Shown here: in pieces, positions 38,300 through 49,321 of the stretch
Layout of the letters: every line of letters begins with the position of its first letter
How positions within the stretch are numbered: position 1 is the first letter of the stretch
Assembly (NCBI GenBank): GCA_951406725.2
Contig: OX597820.1
Coordinates: 25,110,001 to 25,174,000, forward strand
Source: Octopus vulgaris
Taxonomy: Eukaryota
Direction of reading: 5' to 3'
Length of the DNA stretch: 64,000 nucleotides
Made by a program: the position numbers and the translations under genes
The notes under the pieces: generated by a model
Told to the model about the DNA's origin: nothing
Seen by the model: the letters and a program-made list of their open reading frames with translations, nothing else
Database searches by the model: none

Positions 38300-38409
38300 T
38301 TCAAACCACAAAGTCTGTATGCAACCACCTACAGGCAAATGACACATTATAATCAAACCATTGAAACCAAATATTAAGCAAGGTACCTTTTAAAAAGTCA
38401 TTTGATACA

Positions 38410-38445
<36 letters not shown>

Positions 38446-39002
38446 GTGTATGTATGTATGTATGTATGTATGTATGTATGTATGTATGTATGTATGTATG
38501 TATGTATGTATGTATGTATTGCAATGATTTTTGTTAAGCGGCATTGATTTTTAAAATTCTGCAAATAATAATATTAGTATTTTGTAAGCTTAAAGCTTAT
38601 AAGCAATCACCACACAATGAGACTAAATAAAATAGTCTAATAATGGAGCATATAAGTTCTTGACAGAAAAAATGTAGGTTTTCCTGTACATATTTTCCCA
38701 TGCATATGGGAAAACCTACTTTCTTCTGTCGAGGGCTTATATGCCCAAATGTTAGACTATTTTCTTTAGTCCTTGTGTGGTGATCACTTATAAGCTTTAA
38801 GCTTATAAAATACTAATATATATCTATATATGTATATATATGCACAGGAGTTGCTGTGTGGTAAGTAGCTTGCTTACCAACCACATGGTTTTGGGTTCAG
38901 TCCCACTGCATGGCAACTTGGGCAAATGTCTTCTACTATAGTCTCAGGCCGACCAAAACCTTGTGAGTGGATTTGGTAGATGGAAACTGAAAGAACCCCA
39001 TC

Positions 39003-39051
<49 letters not shown>

Positions 39052-39732
39052 TGTGTGTGTTTGTGTCTGTTTGTCCCCTCACCATCACTTGACAACCGAT
39101 GTTGGTGTGTTTACGTCCCCGTAACTTAGCAGTTCGGCAAAAAGCAACCTATAAAATAAGTACCAGCTTACCAGGCTTACAAGAATAAGTCCTGGGGTTG
39201 ATTTGCTTGACTAAAGGCGATGCTCCAGCATGGCTGCAGTCAAATGACTGAAACAAATAAAAGAATAAAAGAAAAGAAAAAAGTATATATATATATATAT
39301 ATATATACATATATATATTTATAACCTGGACTGACATATTTTCTAGTCATATTTTCTTTGATGTCAGTTTTTGATAGGGAATGATAGACAAAGAAAAGAT
39401 TAATTTTCATGCTTAAAGGTCTTATGGAAGGCTCTAGAACTCTTTAGTAAGCTTATAAAAACTCGATTTCAACTCTCTGTTGGGATTATTTTAATTGCTG
39501 CAGATGGCTAGGTGTATTTTGACTTATACTTGTTACAATGTTTTTAATCCCTCAATATTTTCTTTATGAAATTATTCTTTCCATAAAATAATCCTAAGTT
39601 ATTCACATATTTCTGCCAGCTTGATTTATCTTTTATCTTTTACTTGTTTCTTTCATTAGATTGCAGCCATGCTAAGCCACCACCATGAACAATTTTTAGT
39701 TGGATAAATCAACCCCACGACTTATTTTGTAA

Positions 39733-39952
39733 CCCTTTTCTTACCAACCTGGCTGAAACCAGCTCTGGCTCTGAGTATAAATGTCTTGTTTCCATAAGTT
39801 TTGAATTAAAATCTTCAACCAAACCTTAGTCATAATTTATGTTCCTAACACCAGCTTAATGATAACTAAGTTATTTTACTAAATTCTTTGTTATAGTTAA
39901 AGTAAGTGAAAGAAACATAGAGCATCTCAAAATAAATTCAGTAACGAAAGGG
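39733..39952. mobile_element. piggyBac-type MITE inserted into a SINE
   Basis: Right end GTAACGAAAGGG|TTAA is identical to that of 31778-32853; left end CCCTTTTCTTACC. Confidence 0.8.
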
Positions 39953-40529
39953 TTAAACCTGGTACTTACTCCATCAGTCTCTGGCCAAACCACTAAGATA
40001 CAGAGGCATAAAGATGCCAACCCAAGTTGTCAGGTGGTGGTGATGGTGGTGGTGGTAGTGGAGGGACAACTACAGATACAAAGACACCTCACCTACACAC
40101 ACACACATATATATATATGACAGGCTCCTTTCAGTTTCTATCTACCAAATCCACTCTGAAGTCTTTGGTCAGCCAGTGGCTAAGGTGCCATGCATTTGGA
40201 CTGAACCCAAAACCATGTGGTTGAGAAGCAAGCTTCTTATGACACAGCCTCACCCGCACCTATATTATCATATCTATACTATTTAATTTATCCAATTAAT
40301 TATAATCAACCCTTTCATACTAAATTAAATCAAAAATAATATTCAAAAGATAAAAATCAACCTAGCTTTCAATGGTGTAAAAAAATGAAGAGGCTAAGTC
40401 CTATGTTTATATGAAATCTCTCAGCTCTTATCTTTTGAAAATTTCATTACTCGCACATATAATGTATGGAAATGCAATGCAAAAGAGAAGACCGTGCTGC
40501 TATGGTTGTATTTCGATATCAATGCTTCA

Positions 40530-41830
40530 ACTCACACAACTACTAATCATATAACCACCAATGGATTTCCTGTTTTCTCACATCCTACATGTTTACCATC
40601 TGAAAAACTCAAAGCTGCTAAAGTAAAGTGCAGCCACATGCTCCAGCTTGGAATAATTTGTGCTTCAAAGAGTGACTGGTCACCACCACTTCATTTAGTA
40701 AAAAAGAATTCCAGTGATTTTAGACCTACTGGTGACTATAGATGACACAACGCTATTACCACTCCAGACAGGTATCCTATACCAATTCTACAAGATTTTG
40801 CATCTTCTCTGCATGGTCGCACTCTTTCCTCAAAAATAGATTTGATACGAGCATACCATCATATTCCTGTAAACCCAACTGATATTCCGAAAATGGCTAT
40901 TGCACCTCAATTCGGATCATTTGAATTTCTTACCATGCCCTTTGGATTAAAGAACACCACCAGTTACTATTCAACGTTTCATTGATGAAGTAATACGTGG
41001 ATTAGATTTTGTCTATGCCTATATTGATGATCTTCTAATCACTAGTTCTTCTGAGAAAGAACTTGAGATTACAAAAGGTTTTCTCAATACAGAATTCACA
41101 TCAACACTACCAAATGTATTTTTGGTGTGCCTTCTCTCACTTTTCTTGAACACACCATTGATAAGGATGGAATTAGGCTTTTGCCAGAGAAGGTTGAGGC
41201 TATCGTAAAAATTCCAGTTTCTGCTTCATTAAGACAGCTCAGGCAATTTCTTGAATTAGCTAATTTCTATTGATACTTTATACCTCATAGTGCTGAAACT
41301 TTATACCCTCTCAGCAAATTGCTGCAACACCACAAGAAGAAAACAGAAAAGATCATTTCAACTCCTGTTGAACTAAAAGCTTTCAAATAATGTTAATGTT
41401 AAACAAAAACTTGTTCATGTCCCCATGTTGGCTCACCCCATTCTTGATGCTGAAATTTCTCTTGTAGTCAACACCTCAGAAATTGACATTGGCCCAGTCA
41501 TTCAACATCTTCACCATGACGAATGACAACTACTGGCCTCTTTCCCTATGCAGTTAAAACCAACTGAAACTAAATATAGCGCATTCAGTCATGAAGTGTT
41601 AGCTATTTACCTCTCAGTTAAACAATTTCAACATATTTTAGAAGGGAGAAACCTTGTAATTTTTACAGACCATAAGCTATTATCTTTCACTTTACACAGC
41701 ATGCCAGATAAATTTTCCCCAGCATTTGGATTACATTTCACAATTCATGAGTGATATATGATACATTCCAGGTGCTGAGAACATTGTTGCAGATTTTTTT
41801 ATCCTGTTTACCTGTCAACATGTTAATTTC
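40530..41830 (+). mobile_element. Ty3/Gypsy pol remnant (RT + RNase H), many stops and frameshifts, no LTRs seen
   Basis: WSPPLHLVKK…RPTGDYR, DRYPIP, KIDL..AYHHIP, MPFGLKN, AYIDDLLI, KYSAF..EVLAI…FTDHK. Confidence 0.9.
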
Positions 41831-42852
41831 AACTGTAGAAATTAACTTAATGTGATCGATCTACCCCACTCACTTGAAATTCTGGCCTTACACCAACATT
41901 TGAAAGCATTATTATTGATTCATCATCATCATCATCATCGTTTAACGTCCGCTTTCCATGCTAGCATGGGTTGGACAATTTTGACTGAGGGCTGGTGAAC
42001 CAGATGGCTGCACCAGGCTCCAATCTTGATCTGGCAGATTTTCTACAGCTGGATGCCCTTCCTAAAGCCAACCACTCCAAGAGTGTAGTGGGTGCTTTTT
42101 ACGTGCCACCGGCACGGGGGCCAGTCAGGCAGTACTGGCAATGACCTCGCTCAAATCCTTTTACACATGCCACCGGCACAGGTGCCAGTAAGGCAACGTT
42201 GGTAACGATCATGCTCGAATGGTGCCCTTTTACATACCACCGGCATGAAAGCCAGTTAGCTGCTCTGGCAACAATCACACTCGGATGGTGCTCTCTGGCA
42301 ACAATCACGCTCAGATGGTGCTCTTGGCACCCAACTAGCACGTTGGTGACGCTGGTAACGATCACACTCGAATGGTGCCTTTTATGTGCCACTGGCACAG
42401 AAGCCGGTTAGCTGCTCTGTCAATGATTACACTCTTATATGTTAATAACACAACCATATTTTCATTTAAGAGATGATTTGTTTGTAAGAACTAATTAAGG
42501 AACCTTTTAAAGATGTTTAAGAAAATGAAAGCTAAATATAATTGTCCTTGTATTTTAAACACCCATTGACCAAATTTCAAGTCTGCATGTAAGCAATTAA
42601 CAAAAGTTAATTAACAAAGTTGCAAACAAACATTGTTAATATCCATCTTGAGCATGATTGCTTTAAAACAATATGAATAAATTAGCATTACACTTGGTAA
42701 AGCAATAATGTAATTTCAAAAGGCTAAAAGAACAAATATTTAAACTAGTTTTTTAGTTTTCAATTCTGAAATATAACAATTCTAAAGTTAAGCAGAATCA
42801 ATTAGGAAAATTATTTTTGTGACATAAATTAACTGATGTTTATTAATTAAAT

Positions 42853-43545
42853 TTGCGTTGGACAAAACACATCGCTAAAATTGCCAAGAAGGCTGAGGGT
42901 GTCTTGGCATCACTCAACAAGTCCTTTGTGAACCGCTCTCCGGCTATCTATCTGTGGTTTTATATAGCTATGGTACGACCTCACCTGGAATTTGCATCAC
43001 CAGTCTGGAACCCCTATCTTTCCCAGGATATTACTTGTCTGAAAGCCATTAGTCACGTGCAACCAAGAGAATACCCTCTATCAGGCATTTGCCATATTCT
43101 GAACGCCTTACTTCCCTGGGCATGGATACATTGAAACTCCGACACCTGGCAGCTGACTTGGCAAACACCCATAAAATTATTAACCACCTTTTGAAACTCC
43201 ACCTGTCTAACACCCATGGACATATTTACAAAGTCAGAAAACAGCACAGCTCCCATGACTTTCGGAAACAGTTTTTCATGCTAAGAGTTGCTGAAGCATG
43301 GAACAAACTGCCGGCATCAGTTGTTAGTTGTCGGAGCACTGCATCCTTCAAAACTTCCATGCTTCCTGAGATTCACAAACACTACACCTGATTTTCTCCC
43401 CTCCATACACATGCAAGCATGTATCTGACTCATACACTGTTCACTTTCCAGACATTTGTACATTACTGCATATACTTTATACGCACTTTTGACAAGTTGT
43501 GGTGCACCTGAGCATTGTATACAAAAATTTCATTATTACTATTAT
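42853..43545 (+). mobile_element. 3' fragment of the same CR1-like LINE family (frameshifted)
   Basis: RWTKHIAKI…MVRPHLEFASPVWNPY…LRVAEAWNKLP, colinear with the C-terminus of 21415..23253. Confidence 0.9.
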
Positions 43546-43636
43546 CAATTAAATTACTTACAAAGGAGAATGACTGTGACATAGATTTTAAGACTTAATA
43601 AAACAAAAAGAAAAAAAAGAAATAATACTGATAAGG

Positions 43637-44275
43637 TGTGTGAAAAAGTGCCAATCTCTAGCAGTGGAGGGAACCCGTGGAAGAGGTAGACCCAGGAAAA
43701 CTTGGGCTGAGGTGATGAAGCACGACCTTCGAACTTTAGGTCTCACTGAGGAAATGACTGACGACAGGCACCTATGCCTACCCCACTTTGCTTGCGAAGA
43801 CCTGTTGGGGCAAGTGAAATCGGAATCGAAATTGAACCAATCCTATGACTGGCACCTGGCAGATGCCAGGACCCCTGGACTGGAAATACGTAAAAAGCAC
43901 TATCCGAATCGTGGCCGATGCCAGCGCAGCCTCGACTGGCTTCTGTGTCGGTGGCATGTAAAAAGCACCATCCGAATCGTGGCCGAAGCCAGTGCCGCCT
44001 CGACTGGCTTCCGTGCAGTTGGAACGTAAAATGCACCAATCCGACCGTGGCCGATGCCAGCCTCGCCTGGCTCCAGTGCAGGTGGCACGTAAAAAGCACC
44101 CACTACACTCACGGAGTGGTTGGCGTTAGGAAGGGCATCCAGCTGTAGAAACATTGCCAGATAAGACCGGAGCCTGGTGCAGCCTTCTGGCTTCCCAGAT
44201 CCCCGGTCGAACCGTCCAACCCATGCTAGCATGGAGAACGGACGTTAAACGATGATGATGATGATGATGATGATG
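43637..44275 (+). mobile_element. RTE LINE 3' end with tandem ~53-nt repeats and (GAT)n tail
   Basis: VEGTRGRGRPRKTW…DLRTLGL. Same 3' UTR as the copies at 903-1162, 5999-6261, 41921-42430 and 54423-54703. Confidence 0.85.
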
Positions 44276-45589
44276 AATGGTTATTTTTTCAATAGCAGAT
44301 GAATGTGATAGGTGATATAGAATTGCAAATGACATGTTTGAAATATCTGAATAACTTAACTAAAATATAGAGTTTCCAGTGAGCTGTTTGAATTACTCTC
44401 TTTTACTTGTTTCAGTCATTTGACTGCAGCCATCCTGGAGCACCACCTTTAGTCAAGAAAATCGACCCAGGACTTATTCTTTGTAAGCCTAGTACTTATT
44501 TTATCAGTCTCTAAGTTACGGGGACGTAACCACACCAGCATCGGTTGTCAAGCGATGTCGGGGAGACAAACACAGACACACAAACATACACATACATATA
44601 TATACATATACATATATACGACAGGCTTCTTTCAGTTTCCATCAACCAAATCAACTCACAAGGCTTTGGTCAGCTCGAGGCTATAGTAGAAGACACTTGC
44701 CCAAGGTGCCACGCAGTGGGAATGAACCCAGAACCATGTGGCTGGTAAACAAGCTACTTACCACACAGCCACTCCTGTGCTTATTAAATTGTTAATTAAG
44801 TAAAATAATATTGGTTTCGAATTTTCGCAGAAGGCTGGCAATTCTGGGGGAGAGGATAAGTTAATTACATCAACCTCACTACACAACTGGTACTTATTCA
44901 ATCGACCCTGAAAGGATGAAAGGCAAAGTCAACCTCAGCGGAATTTGAACTTTGAACACAAAGATGGGTGCTACTAAGCACTTTGCCTGATGCAAAAATG
45001 ATCTATCTGCCAGCTCACCTCCTTATTAAGAAAAATAATATTGACATGCTTCTAATAATGGAGCAGGAATTTCCAGCTTTATATAAACATATTTTTGCAG
45101 CTATCCTGAGGTGTGAGAAGAAAACACATGTGTCCCATATTTAATGTGTCGTCTTCCTTTTAAAGATAACAGGATGAGATATGAGAGACATTTGCAGAGT
45201 GTATTTTTTAGGTCAAGCAGCCACTTGGAACTAACAATCATTGTATAGATTACTTTGGTAAGTTCAATAACTATATGTGGTTTAGCCACCAGAATATAGA
45301 CACCTTGGACAAATATCTTCTATGCAAACTTGGGCTGGCCAACAACAAAGTAAATGAAATTTAGAAAACTCAAACAACATTTCTTTAAAAGAAACCTGGA
45401 ATTTTAAATTCCTTTATAATTGTGTGGTGTAGTTGTAGACATGGCTGTGTGATTAAGAAGTTTGTTTTACAATCACAAGATTTCGGGTTCAGTCCTACTG
45501 CATGGCATCTTGGGCTTCTACTATAGCCTTTGGCCAACCAATGCTTTGTGAGTGAATTTGGTAGATGGAAACAATATAGAAGCTCGCCA

Positions 45590-45624
<35 letters not shown>

Positions 45625-45694
45625 ACATTGCTTTATGTCAGACAAATGAGAAAAGAGTGCTCAATACATGATGTAGAGGATGCTTTTTTTGTTT

Positions 45695-45764
45695 AATTGA
45701 AAACAAAACTGAGAGTTTGTCTCACAACCTGAGTTTCATGCTATAGCAATCTTCAGTTTCAATT
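45695..45764 (-). ncRNA. Hammerhead-like motif, decayed
   Basis: AATTGAAA-CTGAAGA-T-TGC(TATA)GCA-T-GAAACTCAGG…CTCAGTT…TTTCAATT. Confidence 0.5.
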
Positions 45765-46009
45765 TTAAAAAAATACATATATTGTACATATTAACAATTC
45801 TTGATCGGCATTTTTTTTTGACAATTATGGTCCCTGTTAGTGCAAATGTTTTCATCAATATGCATTAACTACAGTATTAGAGCACCTTAGACCTTATTTC
45901 TAGCAATGTAAGTATTTCTTGACACCCTGGTCACATTTAGTGACAATTATAATTCTCCTTTTTGGTGAAACATTGCAGACTGGTGTTTATATTAATTTTA
46001 TATATACAT

Positions 46010-46042
<33 letters not shown>

Positions 46043-46044
46043 CA

Positions 46045-46499
46045 TGAGAGGCTGCAGAAAAGTTCCTGGCTTTAAGGGTATTGCAAAAGGCCTGGTTGAA
46101 GGCCCAACCTTCTGAGTTCATTTACAGAACTTAGAAAACTGAAGGACCCCTGCAATGATTATGTGAATCTTAGAGGTGAATATGTTGAATAAAGTCACAA
46201 TTAACAGATCCTCCTGTTTTTTTGTCTTTTACCCAAAGCCAGGTACTTTTCAGCATCTCCCTTATATATATATATATATATATATACACATACATACACA
46301 TAAGAAGGGGTACTGAAAAGTTTTTGGCTTTAAGGGCATTGTGAAAAACCTGGTTGGAGACTCAACCTTCCGAATTCTTTTACAGTGCTTAAAAAAACTG
46401 AAGGACCACTACAATAAGTGTGTGAATTTGTTGAATAAAATCATAATAAACTGATCCTCCTGTATTTTCTTTTACCCAAAGCCAGGAACTTTTCAGCGC

Positions 46500-46505
<6 letters not shown>
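46045..46505. mobile_element. Two adjacent mariner-type MITE copies in a TA microsatellite
   Basis: Same TIRs and interior as 2025-2240. Confidence 0.75.
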
Positions 46506-46555
<50 letters not shown>

Positions 46556-46746
46556 TCGCCATACTAATATGGCATTCTTATAAAAATAAGAAAAAAGCTG
46601 TCCGCTTATTAGCTCCATGAGGCCATCGCCTTAAGTTAGCTATTTGTATTTTTATAAGAATGCCATATTAGTATGGCGATAACTATTATTTTCCGGGAAC
46701 GCTGCCGCTGTTCTCTTTTAGAGAGACTTAGTTATTTTAATATTTC

Positions 46747-46781
<35 letters not shown>

Positions 46782-47109
46782 CTGCACCCAATGTATTCTG
46801 ATGAAGTGCCTTCAGGTTACGATTTTGTTATGGTTACTTTCCAAAGGTCAGTGAGACATTTCATTCAACAATGACACAGAACAAAAAAAAAAGAACATGA
46901 TTCAATGAATTCTTCAGTTCAAGATCTGGCACGTTCTACCATCAAGCAGCAAGTGGAATGTTGTGAAGAATTCATGAACATTAGAAAACATATATTACTG
47001 ACTGATTTGTTAAATTCCCTGAAGAAAAATAATGATTAAAATAAAAGGGAAAAAAAACAAATGAATATATTTGACAACCTAATATACACATACACACACA
47101 GAGCCACTT

Positions 47110-47155
<46 letters not shown>

Positions 47156-47770
47156 TGTGTGTGTATGTGTGTGTGTGTGTGTGTATGCTCACCTGAGTTA
47201 TGCATGTGTGAAATTTTATATACGATCATACAAATTGTATTTATTCAGAATATAATCCATAAATAATTTCACTCCATTTCAACCCATTTCAAATATTCTA
47301 CATTATTTACAGGTATTATAAACTCTCTTTAACCCTCAGCCCATCGTTAAGTGCATCATGTCACTGTATGAATTTTCTACCGTGTAGTAACAGGGCAGGG
47401 GAAACAATTCTAGAGAAAATGCAATGTCTAAAGGTTAGATATCATGTGTTTATTTAATAAGGCAATTTTCAATCTTTACAATCTTAGAATCTTCAGTACA
47501 AACATTTCACAATCAAATTATTTTAACAGCAATCCTTTTACATGTAACAGTCAATCTCACAAAAGTTCTATTTGGAAACAATTAACTGAATAAAAATTTA
47601 AAAAATAAAGAGAATTTTATTTTTAAATATTATGGAGATGTACTTGCATAGCAAGTGACCTGATCTAAGATTGTTTTCAGAAACAAAAACAACTGCAGCA
47701 TGGAAGATGTTTATAAGTCATTTAAAAACACACGAAAACTGTTAGATTCACTTCAACATTTAAATTTAAT

Positions 47771-47819
47771 TTGTCAAAATATTTTCATCGCTCTGAAACT
47801 GGGACCTGTTCACTGATAA
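47771..47819 (-). ncRNA. Minimal hammerhead-like motif with G3:C8 core variant
   Basis: TTATCA-GTGAACA-G-GTCCC…GCGAT-GAAAATATTT-TGACAA: stem I (T)TATCA/TGACA(A), palindromic AAATATTT. Confidence 0.5.
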
Positions 47820-47916
47820 AATAACAATTAGTTCATGGTGTATGTATGTATGTATGTATGTGTATGTATGTGTGTATGTATGTATGTATATATGTATGTA
47901 TGTATGTATGTTGCAT

Positions 47917-48419
47917 TGTTGGGTCGTCGGCGACTAAACCGGCAACCCCACCAAGCTTGCTTGGTGAGGAGGGTGTTTATTGGACACCCTGCAGGATGAA
48001 AAACAAAACCCGTCAAAGGGCGGAGGAACTCTTGAGAGTCAACGGCCACCCAATAAATGTCTTAAGACTGTATCATGCGCGGGGACATAGAAATAATCGG
48101 ACTGAATACCCGATCGTGTGGTTAAACCATTGGGAGTGAAGGACTTCTAGCCTTTGTTAGGGCATCCTTCTAGGAGAAGGTAACTCAGGTAACTGGGATA
48201 ACTCCGACATAAAACCTGCGGCTCAGTGGTTACCGATGATGTTGACTTGTTCTTCTTTTCGGATTACGGTTACTGTTGCTTAGTGAGTGAGATTGACTCA
48301 GTGCACAGCCTTTCCTCACTTTAAAAAAAATCTTCTTGCACAGGCATTGCATGATAACGACATTGATTAAGCTTTGTGCAATGGCCATACTCAATAACGA
48401 GGGGGCAGCCATCACCATG
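47917..48419 (+). mobile_element. Probable non-autonomous, internally deleted RTE derivative (5' UTR-like part + 3' end) inside (TATG)n
   Basis: GC-richer block with RTE-5'UTR-like GGAGAAGG…AAAACC and RTE-like 3' end GAGGGGGCAGCC; microsatellite on both sides. Confidence 0.45.
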
Positions 48420-48647
48420 TATGTATGTATGTATGTATGTATGTATGTATGCATGAATGTATGTATGTGTGTATGTGTGTGTATGTATGTGTGTGTATGT
48501 ATGTATGTATAGATGCATGTATGCATGCATGCATGTATCCATGTATGCATGCATGCACATACATATGTATGTGAATCTAACGGTTTTTGTGTGTTTTTTA
48601 AATGGCTTATAAACACCTTCCACGCAGTAGTTGTATTTTTAATTGAA

Positions 48648-49321
48648 TTAAGATTTATGTTTTATATTTTTCCTTAGAGCTTCTAGAAATAAAGGACCTC
48701 CCCATAATTTTGAAAAAAGTTTTCTTTCATGATTTAAGGATGACTGAACGTCTTCTGTACCAGCATGACTCACCATTGATTTAATTGACCTTGTCACAGA
48801 AGAGTGACCACGACACCTCTTGCTTAACCATTCCTTGGCTGCTTCCATTGCATTTTCACCATCTTCGACAACATGGTCAACAAGACCAAATGCCAATGCA
48901 GTTGAGGAATTAATTATCTTTCCAGTGCTAAATAAATCTAACGCAGAAGTGTGTCCAATGAGTTTGACCAGTCGAGTCCCTCCACCCCAGCCACTTATCA
49001 CGCCCATATGAACTTGAACAAATCCAATCTTTGCTTTTGGTGCCATGATTCTAAAGTCACAGGCAGTGGTTAACTCAGCACCACCTCCTAAAGCAACTCC
49101 TTCAATTAATGCCACACTAATAAGAGGAAGTCTACTGAGTTTAGTGAGGGCATTTTGCATCATAGATGACATTTCTTCACCAGAATCGGTCAAGTTTGTA
49201 ACAACCTTTAAATCACCACCAGAACAGAATGTATTAGCAGCTCCAGCCATCAGCAATCCTTTACCAGATTTCCAATTTTCTAATTCATTAATGGCATCAA
49301 ACAGGTCCAACATCATCTTTC
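48648..49321 (-). CDS. ECHDC1: ECHDC1-like terminal exon (ethylmalonyl-CoA decarboxylase / enoyl-CoA hydratase family)
   Basis: TTTTAG acceptor; LENW..GKGL, FCSGGDL, ALGGGAELTTACDFR, WGGGTRL and LWGGP motifs; stop TAA at 48650-48648. Joined CDS 88+156+674 = 918 nt, 305 aa. Confidence 0.92.
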
